Of a stretch of DNA of 64,000 nucleotides, positions 8,574 through 18,458 are shown piece by piece. Below the pieces are notes generated by a model. That model was not told the DNA's origin, searched no databases, and saw only the letters and a list, made by a program, of their open reading frames with translations. The first letter of the stretch is position 1; each line of letters begins with the position of its first letter. The position numbers and the translations under genes were made by a program. The DNA comes from a bacterium (lineage in GTDB: Bacteria > JADJOY01): assembly GCA_046331705.1 (NCBI GenBank), contig JAXLQJ010000005.1, forward strand, positions 124,001-188,000, written 5' to 3'.

Positions 8574-9914
8574 ATGAATCCCGCGCTTCCGGCGGAACCG
8601 ACGGCGGTATTCGATCGCCCCTACGTCGTCTCGTGGAACCTCACGTATCGGTGCAATCTGGCGTGCGAGCACTGCTACCTCGACGCCGGCCCGAATCCGC
8701 TGGTCGCCAGCGACGCCTTCGCGGACCGGAGCGAGCTCGGCACGGAGGAATGTTTCGCGGTCGCGGACCAGATCGCGCAGCTCGCGCCCGAGTGCGTGAC
8801 GATCCTGACCGGCGGCGAACCGCTGTTGCGCCGCGACATCCTGGCGATCGTCGCCCACGCCGCGAGCCGCGGGCTGTGGGTCGTGGTCGGCACGAACGGT
8901 GTGCGGATCACCGAGAACGTCGCCTCGCAGCTGGCGGCAAACGGCGCACGCGGCGTGGCGCTCTCGCTCGATGCCGTCGACGGCGCGGCGCACGACGCCT
9001 TTCGCAACGTGCGCGGCGCCTTCGCCAACACCGTCGAAGCGGCGCACGTCCTCGCCCGTGTGGGCATGCCGTTCTTGATCCAGACGACCGTCGCGCGTCA
9101 CAACGTGGACGACCTCGAGGCCATCGCGGAGCTGGCGCACGAGCGCCTCGGAGCCAAGGTCTGGAACCTCTACTTCCTGGTCCCCAGCGGTCGCGGCGAG
9201 TACGTCTCCGACCTCGACCCCGCGACCTACGACGGCGTCCTCGAGCGCCTCTACCACCTGCAACGGCGCTTCTCCGGGCGCATGCTGGTGAACGCCAAGT
9301 GCGCGCCCCACCACGTGCGGACGGCGCTCGCGCACGATCCCGACGCGCCCTTGCCGCGGACCTACGCCGGCGGCGCCGGCGGTTGCCCGGCCGGGACCCA
9401 CTACCTGGGGATCCGGCCGAACGGCGACGTCACGCCGTGCCCCTACCTGCCAGTCTTCGCGGGGAACTTGCGCAGCGATTCGCTCGGCGAGATCTGGACC
9501 GACTCGGAGCTCTTCCAGCGCATCCGCAAGCGCGACTCCTTGGGCGGACGGTGCGGCGACTGCGAGCTCAAGTCCGCCTGCGGCGGATGCCGCGCGCGCG
9601 CGCACGGCACGAGCGGCGACTACATGGCGGCCGATCCGCTGTGCGCCCACGAGGTCGGGCGCTTCAAGGACCTGCCCTCGATCGCGCGCCGCGACGAAGG
9701 CTACGGCGAGCGAGCCGCACCGGGGCTGCGCTGGGACCCCGCGGCGCTGGAGCGAATGAAGCAGATCCCGGCCTTCGTGCGCGGCATGGTGACGCGCACG
9801 GTCGAAGCCCACTGCCGCGAGCGCGGGATCACGGTGATCGACGAGCGCACGCTCGCGGAAATCCGCTCGCGAATGCCAGCGGCCCGGGTATTCGGCAAGC
9901 CCGAGCGGTTGTGA
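8574..9914 (+). CDS. Radical SAM/SPASM protein (AhbD/NirJ-like) with C-terminal PCP_red-like domain
   Basis: SWNLTYRCNLACEHCY, LTGGEPL, SPASM cysteines (GCPAG, PCPY, CGDC..CGGCRARA, DPLC); tail WDPAALERMKQIPAFVRGMV..VEAHCRERGITVID. Confidence 0.85.
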   Translation: MNPALPAEPTAVFDRPYVVSWNLTYRCNLACEHCYLDAGPNPLVASDAFADRSELGTEECFAVADQIAQLAPECVTILTGGEPLLRRDILAIVAHAASRGLWVVVGTNGVRITENVASQLAANGARGVALSLDAVDGAAHDAFRNVRGAFANTVEAAHVLARVGMPFLIQTTVARHNVDDLEAIAELAHERLGAKVWNLYFLVPSGRGEYVSDLDPATYDGVLERLYHLQRRFSGRMLVNAKCAPHHVRTALAHDPDAPLPRTYAGGAGGCPAGTHYLGIRPNGDVTPCPYLPVFAGNLRSDSLGEIWTDSELFQRIRKRDSLGGRCGDCELKSACGGCRARAHGTSGDYMAADPLCAHEVGRFKDLPSIARRDEGYGERAAPGLRWDPAALERMKQIPAFVRGMVTRTVEAHCRERGITVIDERTLAEIRSRMPAARVFGKPERL

Positions 9915-9968
9915 GCCGCCACTCCGGCGCCAGCGCGCCTCCAACGCGCGCGCGTCCGTGCCGGTCGC

Positions 9969-10772
9969 TCAGCCCCAGAACTCGTCGCCGCCTTCACCGG
10001 GCTTCGGTGCTTGCGCCGCGAGCCACTGGTCGAACTCCGCCTGCGTGTGGATCGTGACGAAACCACGCATGCGGTAATGACCGAGACCGCAGAGCTGCGC
10101 GCAACCGATCTCGTAGGTGAACTTCGGATCGCCCGTTCGAGCGCGCATCTCCTCGGTCGTCACCGTCGGCTCGAACCACAGCGGCGACTCGATTCCGGGG
10201 ATGGCATCCTGCTTCACCCGCATCTCCCACAGAGCGAAGCTGTGGATCACGTCCTTGCTGCTGAGACGCACGATGACCGGTTTGTGGGCCGGCAGATGAA
10301 GCTGATTCACGGTCGTGATGTCGTCCTTGCCGTGCGCGTCCTCGGGATCGAGACCCAGCGGGTTCGTCTGCGCGTCGACGAAGCGCGGGTCCGTGTGACC
10401 GAAGACACCGTCCGCGCCGGGGTAGTGGAAGTTCCAGGCGAATTGCTCCGCGACCACCCGCACCACGACCGCGTCCTTCTCGGCCGGGAACTTGTCGACG
10501 CGAACCGACCAGAGCGGGATCGAGAAGCCCACCAAGATCACGGCCTCGACCAACGCCACCGCCACTTCCAGGTAGGTGTTCTTGTGTCCCGTGACGCCGA
10601 CGTAGTCCGCTTTCGGGTTCGCGCTCGCTCGGAAGCGGATGAGCGTGTAGACGAAGAACGCGCCCCAGCCCACGAACAGCAAGGCCATCAAGACGTGCAC
10701 GTAGCCGATCACCTGATCGACCTTGGCCCCGTGCTCGGACGCAAGCTGCGGGAGAGACAACCACTCGTGCAT
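9969..10772 (-). CDS. coxB: Cytochrome c oxidase subunit II (CuA), no fused cytochrome c domain
   Basis: Two TM helices, EQFAWNFHYPG, DVIHSF, CAQLCGLGHYRM CuA ligands. Confidence 0.93.
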   Translation of the reverse strand: MHEWLSLPQLASEHGAKVDQVIGYVHVLMALLFVGWGAFFVYTLIRFRASANPKADYVGVTGHKNTYLEVAVALVEAVILVGFSIPLWSVRVDKFPAEKDAVVVRVVAEQFAWNFHYPGADGVFGHTDPRFVDAQTNPLGLDPEDAHGKDDITTVNQLHLPAHKPVIVRLSSKDVIHSFALWEMRVKQDAIPGIESPLWFEPTVTTEEMRARTGDPKFTYEIGCAQLCGLGHYRMRGFVTIHTQAEFDQWLAAQAPKPGEGGDEFWG

Positions 10773-10789
10773 CCGATCCTCCGCTCGCG

Positions 10790-11059
10790 TTAACTCGGGT
10801 TCTCACACGCGGCCGGCGCGGCTGCGAGCGCGGCGGCTCCGCTGAATCGTCGGGCGCGCCTCGACAAGTAGACGAAGAACGTGAGGAAGCCGATCCACAT
10901 CGACGCCACCACGGCGATCAGCAGCCACGCCCCGAGCCGCGCGCCGTCGATCATCGGTCCCGTGGCCTCGCCGTAGCAGGCGGGGCAGGCCCAGACGGCG
11001 GAGCTCGAGAGCGTCAGCGCTGCCGTCGCGAGCAGCGCGACGAGCGGGACTCTCGCCAT
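10790..11059 (-). CDS. Small exported/membrane protein with CxxC immediately after the signal peptide
   Basis: MARVPLVALL..AVWA-CPACYG.. followed by one TM helix; lies within the cox operon. Confidence 0.65.
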   Translation of the reverse strand: MARVPLVALLATAALTLSSSAVWACPACYGEATGPMIDGARLGAWLLIAVVASMWIGFLTFFVYLSRRARRFSGAAALAAAPAACENPS

Positions 11060-11064
11060 CGCGC

Positions 11065-11268
11065 TCACGACTCGAGGCCCCGCAGCTTGCGCAGGAACCA
11101 GCCGCCGTAGCTGAGCAACGCCACCCCGGCTGCCGTCGACGCGGCACCCATCAGCACCATTCCCACGTCGCTCGTGCTGCGCCCCTCGGCGATTCCCCAC
11201 GCCCCGAAACCGAACACCGTGAGCGTCGCCACCAGGATGAACACGACGTGAAAGCCCTTGAGATTCAC
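11065..11268 (-). CDS. Small two-helix membrane protein of the cox operon
   Basis: MNLKGFHVVFI..; two hydrophobic helices; tight operon spacing. Confidence 0.7.
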   Translation of the reverse strand: MNLKGFHVVFILVATLTVFGFGAWGIAEGRSTSDVGMVLMGAASTAAGVALLSYGGWFLRKLRGLES

Positions 11269-11276
11269 GGTGGTGC

Positions 11277-11657
11277 TCAGTGGCCCGCGTGGGCGCCGTG
11301 CTCGCCAGCGGGCTGCGCGACCTTGTCGGGATGAGTCAGCTTGCCGACGTGGTCCACGATGGAAGTCGCGGTGGGCGTCAGCAACAGCACGAAGAAGAAG
11401 CCGACCGTCAATCCCAGCACCGCGAAGATCGTCTTGCGTTCCGAGAGCAGGTGCATGAAGTACGCGGCCACCAACGAGCCCTTGATGGTGGCGATGACCA
11501 GCGCGAGCGCGATCGCCTCGCGCTTCGGCAGATCGAGCTCCGCGACGACCACCGTCACCACGGTCAAGGCCAGCAGGCTACCGAAGACGATCAACGCCGA
11601 ACGTACGTGCTTGTCGAGGTCCGCGGCGTGGTGGTCCACAGCGTGATTCGCGCTCAT
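11277..11657 (-). CDS. coxD: Cytochrome c oxidase subunit IV (CtaF/CoxD family)
   Basis: ALVIATIKGSLVAAYFMHL signature; GGAGG RBS upstream of the ATG at 11657. Confidence 0.85.
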   Translation of the reverse strand: MSANHAVDHHAADLDKHVRSALIVFGSLLALTVVTVVVAELDLPKREAIALALVIATIKGSLVAAYFMHLLSERKTIFAVLGLTVGFFFVLLLTPTATSIVDHVGKLTHPDKVAQPAGEHGAHAGH

Positions 11658-11673
11658 CTCGCCTCCGCCACCG

Positions 11674-12264
11674 TCACAGCAGGTAGAGAACCGGAAAGAG
11701 GAAGATCCAGACCAGATCCACCAGGTGCCAGAACAGGCCGGCATTTTCCACACGATTCGTGAACCATTGCGGATTGGTCTCGAAGAGCCTCGAGCCCGGG
11801 CCCAGCAGATACGCGTTGACCGCCATCCCGCCGATCACGTGCAAACCGTGCAAACCGGTGAGCGTGAAGTAGATCGCCAGGAACGTGTTGGTTCGCGGGA
11901 AGAGACCGTGATGGAACTTGGTCGTGTACTCGAAGTACTTGATGACCAGGAAGATGCAGCCGCAGAGGATCGTGATCCCCATCCATTGGCGGAACTTCCC
12001 GAGGTCGCGTCGCACCAGCGACGCCCAAGCGAGCACCACGGTGATGCTGGAGCTGATCAGCACCAGGGTGTTGGTGAACGCCATCTTGATGTTCAGGATG
12101 GTGCGTCCAGCCGGCCACTCGGAGGCGCCGACGCGCAGCATGATGTAGGCGGCGAAAAGGCCGCCGAAGAGCATCACCTCCGACGCCAGGAAGAGCCAGA
12201 TGCCGATCTTCCCATTCGTCAGCCCGGTATCCGGGCGGGGGTCGACGGTGTACGGGATCTCCAT
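11674..12264 (-). CDS. coxC: Cytochrome c oxidase subunit III
   Basis: WLFLASEVMLFGGLF, LTGLHGLHV, GLFWHLVDLVWIFLFPVLYL. Confidence 0.93.
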   Translation of the reverse strand: MEIPYTVDPRPDTGLTNGKIGIWLFLASEVMLFGGLFAAYIMLRVGASEWPAGRTILNIKMAFTNTLVLISSSITVVLAWASLVRRDLGKFRQWMGITILCGCIFLVIKYFEYTTKFHHGLFPRTNTFLAIYFTLTGLHGLHVIGGMAVNAYLLGPGSRLFETNPQWFTNRVENAGLFWHLVDLVWIFLFPVLYLL

Positions 12265-12270
12265 GCTCGC

Positions 12271-14043
12271 TCACCCCCTGGCCGGATCGAATTGCGGGAA
12301 GAAATCGGTCGCGTGCCCCGGCGCGCTGTACTCGTAAGGCCCGCGATGCGCCTCGGGGATGGTGACGAAGTTGCCGTGCGGCGGTGGCGACGGCGCCGCC
12401 CACTCGAGCGTGGTCGCATCCCACGGATTGTCGGAAACCTTCTCGCCGCCGCGAATGCTCGTGAATAGATTGATCATGAACGGGATCTGCGAGACCGCCA
12501 GACCCCACGCCGAGAAGGACATCACCTTGTTCAGGTACAGGTAGTGCGCGACGTGTGCGTAGGTCTCGCCGCCGTCGGCCATGCGGCGTGACATCCCGGC
12601 GAGGCCTTGGATGAACATCGGGAAGAAGATTCCGTTCATGAACACGAACGACGGCCAGAAGTGCAGCTTGCCGAGGGACTCGCTCATGCGACGTCCGGTC
12701 GCCTTCGGAAACCAGTAATAGACGCCCGCGAACAGCGCGAAGATCGTTCCCGGCGCGACCACGTAGTGGAAGTGCCCGATCACGTAGAGCGTGTCGTGCA
12801 GATGGATGTCGGGAAACGACAGCCCGAGCGGCAGTCCCGTGAGCCCGCCGATGCCGAACATCGGCAAGAAAGCCAACGCGAAGAGCATTGGTGTGGTGAA
12901 TCGAATCGAGCCGCCCCACAACGAGACGAAGAACGCGGTGAGGACGATCACCGAAGGGATCGAGATGATCATCGTCGTGGTCTGGAAGAACGCGGCCATC
13001 ACGCTGCCCATGCCGGTGATGAACATGTGATGCGCCCACACCACGAACGACATGAAGCCCAGGAACACCACCGCGTAGACCATCGCGCGATAGCCCCAGA
13101 GCGGTTTGCGCGTGTTGTTCGCGACCACCTCGGCCACGATGCCCATGGCCGGCAGGATGAGAACGTAGACCTCCGGATGCGCGAGGAACCAGAACAGGTG
13201 CTGCCAGAGCAGCGGGCTACCGCCACCGCTGACGTTCAGCATCTTGCCGCTCACGACCAGACCGCTCGGCAGGAAGAAGCTGGTGCCCGCCACGCGATCC
13301 ATGAGCTGCAGGATGCCGGCGGCCTCGAGCGGCGGGAACGCGAGCAGCAACAGAAACGCGGTCACGAGCTGCGCCCACACGAAGAACGGCAATCGCATGA
13401 ACGTGAGCCCCTTGGTGCGGAGCTGGATCGTGGTGACGATGAAGTTGATGGAGCCGAGCAGTGACGAGGTGATCAGGAAGATCATCCCCACGAGCCACGT
13501 GGTCTGGCCGGGCGAGATGTCGGACAACGGCGGATACGACGTCCACCCCGATTGCGCGGCGCCGCCGGGCAGGAAGAAGCTCGCCAACATGACGACGCCG
13601 CCCATGGCATAGACCCAGTAGCTCGCCATGTTGATGCGCGGGAAGGCCATGTCGGGCGCGCCGATCTGCAGTGGCAGCACGAAATTCCCGAAGGCGCCCA
13701 CGCCGAGCGGCACGACCCCCAGGAACACCATGATCGTGCCGTGCATGGCGCCGAGCTGATTGTAGAAGTCGGGCGCCATCGCGCCGCCCGGCATCACCGC
13801 GTCGCTGAAGAGCTTGCCGAGGCCGAAGGGGAGCGGCTTGCCCGGGAAGGCGAGCTGCCACCGCATCAGCATCATCAAGCAGAAACCGAAGAACAGGAAC
13901 GCGAGCGCCGTGAGCCCGTATTGAATGCCGATGACCTTGTGATCGGTCGAGAACACGTACTTCCGCCAGAACCCGAGCTCGTGATGCTCGGGATGGCCAT
14001 GGCCTCCGCCGTGACTCGAATGGTGCTCATGCGACGAGCTCAT
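12271..14043 (-). CDS. coxA: Heme-copper oxidase subunit I, A1-type
   Basis: STDHKVIG, MHGTIM, GAPDMAFPR, FWFLAHPEVY, WAHHMF, HDT..GHFHYV, GMSRR; His-rich N-terminus. Confidence 0.96.
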   Translation of the reverse strand: MSSSHEHHSSHGGGHGHPEHHELGFWRKYVFSTDHKVIGIQYGLTALAFLFFGFCLMMLMRWQLAFPGKPLPFGLGKLFSDAVMPGGAMAPDFYNQLGAMHGTIMVFLGVVPLGVGAFGNFVLPLQIGAPDMAFPRINMASYWVYAMGGVVMLASFFLPGGAAQSGWTSYPPLSDISPGQTTWLVGMIFLITSSLLGSINFIVTTIQLRTKGLTFMRLPFFVWAQLVTAFLLLLAFPPLEAAGILQLMDRVAGTSFFLPSGLVVSGKMLNVSGGGSPLLWQHLFWFLAHPEVYVLILPAMGIVAEVVANNTRKPLWGYRAMVYAVVFLGFMSFVVWAHHMFITGMGSVMAAFFQTTTMIISIPSVIVLTAFFVSLWGGSIRFTTPMLFALAFLPMFGIGGLTGLPLGLSFPDIHLHDTLYVIGHFHYVVAPGTIFALFAGVYYWFPKATGRRMSESLGKLHFWPSFVFMNGIFFPMFIQGLAGMSRRMADGGETYAHVAHYLYLNKVMSFSAWGLAVSQIPFMINLFTSIRGGEKVSDNPWDATTLEWAAPSPPPHGNFVTIPEAHRGPYEYSAPGHATDFFPQFDPARG

Positions 14044-14170
14044 CAGGCGATTCTCCCTCTACCCGTGGCGATCGAGGCGCTGCGGTCGAACGGCAATCGG
14101 CTCCGGCACGTTGGTGCGGGCGCTGCGGCGGGCTGCGACCGGCCGCCGTGCCGCCGCCGGAGGGCCGAGC

Positions 14171-14884
14171 TCACTTTCCCGGGGCGCTGAACGTGAACGT
14201 GATGCTCTTGGTGTCGCCCTCGGCGATCGTCACCGACTGCTTCTGCGTGCCGAGCTTCTCGTGCCACGCGCTCAGCTCGTAGGTCCCCGCCGGCACGTTC
14301 GCGATCTTGAACTTGCCGTCCTTGCCCGTGACGCTGAAGAACGGGTGCGCGTAGACGCGCACGTACGCGTTCATCCAGGGATGGACGTCGCACTTGACCT
14401 TGAAGAAGCCTTCCTCCTTCGGAAAGCTCGCCTCCTTCTCGGTCACGTTGCCGGGCATGGCCAGGTTGAACTCCTTGTTGAGCTGCGGCAGCGCGTGAAC
14501 GTTGTGCAGGATCGCGTCGGAGTTCTTGAACTTGAGCTGCTGACCGGTCTGGATCCCCAGCACGTGGGGAACGTACATGCAGCCGTTCTGATCGATTTCC
14601 GCCGGGCCGCTCGGGGCGGGATACGTCTTTCCTGCGGGTAGCCCCGACTCGACGCTCACGGCCACGTTCCCGAGGGCGTTGCCGTCTCCCAGCACCAGGA
14701 TGTCGTTGGCAACCGGGCTCGTGTGCTTCCCGGCACAGGTCGGGTCCGCGTCCATGGACACTGGCTTCAGATTCGGCACGGCGCCCGAATAGCTCACCGA
14801 TCCCTCGATCGTTCCGGCCAAGGCCACGCCAACGCACAGCGCTTGGGCGCTGGCGACGACACCGAGAACACGCGCTCGCAACAT
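14171..14884 (-). CDS. Exported cupredoxin-like / carboxypeptidase-regulatory-like domain protein
   Basis: Signal peptide; DQNGCMYVPHV; NSDAILHNVH; KCDVHPWMNAY; VPAGTYELSAWHE. Confidence 0.75.
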   Translation of the reverse strand: MLRARVLGVVASAQALCVGVALAGTIEGSVSYSGAVPNLKPVSMDADPTCAGKHTSPVANDILVLGDGNALGNVAVSVESGLPAGKTYPAPSGPAEIDQNGCMYVPHVLGIQTGQQLKFKNSDAILHNVHALPQLNKEFNLAMPGNVTEKEASFPKEEGFFKVKCDVHPWMNAYVRVYAHPFFSVTGKDGKFKIANVPAGTYELSAWHEKLGTQKQSVTIAEGDTKSITFTFSAPGK

Positions 14885-14918
14885 GACTGAGTCTCCTCCT
14901 CGGATCCGTTTCCGGGGT

Positions 14919-16127
14919 TCAGGCGTTTTCGTAGGTCAACGACTCGGGCAATCGTGGGTCGCGAATGGGAATCAAGGCCGCGCGGGTCAGGTTGAAACCG
15001 AACACGGCCAGGAACGCGCCGCCCACCGCGACCCACGTCGTGAGATCCAGCGCCGTCGGCGCGAATCCGTGCTCGTGAATGTTCGGCATCACGAGCCAGT
15101 GGAGATCCAGGTAGTGCATCGCCAGCATCCAGATCGCGCCCAGGCGCAGCAGCGCCGGGTTGCGTTTCACGGAGCGGGCCATGATGGCGAAGAACGGGAT
15201 CACGAAATGCCCGATCGCCAGAGCGATGGTCACGGTCTTCCAGGAACCGGCGAGCCGGTGCCGGAACCAGATCGTCTCTTCGGGGATGTTCGCGTACCAG
15301 ATCAGGAAGAACTGCGAGAAGCCGATGTACGTCCAGAAGATCGTGAAGCCGTGGAGCAGCTTGCCGAGATCGTGGAAATGATCGGTGGTGAAGACCCCGG
15401 TCACCAGACCGCTGCGGTGCAAACCGACCGTGACGATCGCGATGAACGCATGCGCCGCGACCACCGCTCCCGCGAAGAAGTAGAGGCCGAAGATGGTCGA
15501 GTACCAATGCGGGTCGAGCGACATGATCCAGTCGATCGAGGCGAACGTGATCGAGAGCGCGAACACGAAGAGGGAGGGCGCGGCGGCCATCTGCAGTCGG
15601 CGCGTGATGTCGTGGTCTCCGGTTGCGTCCTGCCGCCGCGACGCTCGACCGAAGTAGACCGACATCGCGAACCACACCACCACGTAGATCACCAGCCGGA
15701 CGAGGAAGAAGCGCGTGTCGAGGTACGGTGCCTTCGAGTGGAGCGCCGGATCCTTCGCGACCAGGTCCGCGTCCGTCCAGATGAAGAGCTCCGACATCCC
15801 CAGCGCGATCGGCAACACCAGCACCGCGAACGCCGGCAACGTCGCCATGGCGTTCTCGGCGATGCGCCGCACGGCCGTGCTCCAGCCAGCCTTCGAGATG
15901 TAGTGGATCAGGACGAAGAAGAGCGCCCCGAGCGCGATGCTCAGGAAGTACAGGAACGCCACCAGCCAGGAGAAGTAGAACTGCTTGAGGTCTGCGCGAC
16001 CGAGAGCCAACGAACCGATCAGCCCGACGACCAACGCGATCCCGCCCGCCGCGGGCAGTCGCCCCCAGCCATTTCCGGGGGGGATGGAGGCGCGATCCGG
16101 GCGAAGGGAATGTGCGGCGTCGCTCAA
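14919..16127 (-). CDS. actF: Alternative complex III subunit ActF
   Basis: TTG start inferred from AGGAG RBS; FASIDWIMSLDPHWYSTIFG, HDLGKL, WTYIGFSQFFLIWYANIPEET signatures. Confidence 0.88.
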   Translation of the reverse strand: MSDAAHSLRPDRASIPPGNGWGRLPAAGGIALVVGLIGSLALGRADLKQFYFSWLVAFLYFLSIALGALFFVLIHYISKAGWSTAVRRIAENAMATLPAFAVLVLPIALGMSELFIWTDADLVAKDPALHSKAPYLDTRFFLVRLVIYVVVWFAMSVYFGRASRRQDATGDHDITRRLQMAAAPSLFVFALSITFASIDWIMSLDPHWYSTIFGLYFFAGAVVAAHAFIAIVTVGLHRSGLVTGVFTTDHFHDLGKLLHGFTIFWTYIGFSQFFLIWYANIPEETIWFRHRLAGSWKTVTIALAIGHFVIPFFAIMARSVKRNPALLRLGAIWMLAMHYLDLHWLVMPNIHEHGFAPTALDLTTWVAVGGAFLAVFGFNLTRAALIPIRDPRLPESLTYENA

Positions 16128-16170
16128 GGCTCGCGAGCTCCTCTGCGTCCCGAGTTCCGACCGCGGGGCA

Positions 16171-16734
16171 TCACGCCCGCCGCGGCACCAGCTCGACGTG
16201 CTTGGCGCCGATCCCGCGGAGAAAGTCCGGTGTCCGCTGCGGATCGAAGCGCGGGTCCCACGATTCGATCGAGATGAAGAACCCGTCGTCGCTCGCACGC
16301 GCGAACCGCTCCGCGTGAAACAGCGGATGGAAGAGCATGGGCAGTTGATTCAGGCCGAACATGCCGAAGACCGCGGCGAACGCGGCGAACAGCACACCCA
16401 GCTCGAAGACGATGGGAATGAACGCCGGCCAGCTGAAATACGGCTTGCCGCTGTAGACGATGGGATAGTCGACGACGCTCATCCACCACTGCATCAGGAG
16501 CGCGCTGGCGGCGCCGACCAGCCCGAGCGCGAGCACCAGGAACGGCAGCCGTGAGCGCCGGAGCCCCATCGCGCGGTCGAGCCCGTGAATGGGAAACGGC
16601 GTGTGCGCGTCCCATCTCGTGTAACCCGCGTCGCGCACCTGCTCGCAGGCTTCGTAGAGCGCCTGGGGCGAGTCCAGCTCGGCGAGCGCGCCGAAATGCT
16701 CGCCCTCGGGCAGGGACGGCATCAACAAGCCCAT
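16171..16734 (-). CDS. actD: Alternative complex III subunit ActD (DUF3341)
   Basis: DAHTPFPIHGLD, DYPIVYSGKP..SWPAFIPIVFELGVLF signatures. Confidence 0.9.
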   Translation of the reverse strand: MGLLMPSLPEGEHFGALAELDSPQALYEACEQVRDAGYTRWDAHTPFPIHGLDRAMGLRRSRLPFLVLALGLVGAASALLMQWWMSVVDYPIVYSGKPYFSWPAFIPIVFELGVLFAAFAAVFGMFGLNQLPMLFHPLFHAERFARASDDGFFISIESWDPRFDPQRTPDFLRGIGAKHVELVPRRA

Positions 16735-16735
16735 C

Positions 16736-18151
<1,416 letters not shown>

Positions 18152-18311
18152 TCGCTACCAAGCACCCGACTGGCGGCCCGATGTACCTCGTCCGTGATCG
18201 ACGTCCGCTACGCTACCGACCTCTCAGCCAGCAACCGTTCCCGTTATCCGGGGGGGCGAGATGTCGCGGACCGCTCGCGCGGCGCGACCGAAATAGGCAG
18301 GAATCGGGGCG

Positions 18312-18340
18312 ACCTTACCAACGGGCGACATCAGGGTCAA
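18312..18340 (-). promoter_or_regulatory. Putative sigma70 promoter of the actCDF-cox operon
   Basis: On the minus strand: TTGACC (-35), 17-nt spacer, TAAGGT (-10), in a comparatively AT-rich intergenic region. Confidence 0.55.
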
Positions 18341-18362
18341 GAAAAACGCGATACGAAATCGT

Positions 18363-18388
18363 AACTCTGTGATGCGGATCACTGAGTT
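18363..18388. promoter_or_regulatory. CRP/FNR-family-like operator palindrome
   Basis: AACTC-TGTGA-TGCGGA-TCACT-GAGTT: 9/10 match to TGTGA-N6-TCACA with extra AACTC/GAGTT arms. Confidence 0.55.
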
Positions 18389-18458
18389 TCGCGCCGATGC
18401 GTCACCAACTGCAGACGCCACAGGCAGCCGGCCGCGTCCACGTTAGGCTTGCGCGCTC

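Noticed and set aside
4213-9914. Photosynthesis or chlorophyll biosynthesis suggested by PCP_red-like domains
   Set aside because: Only the small C-terminal module is present; no BchL/N/B catalytic domains or other bch/chl genes in the window.
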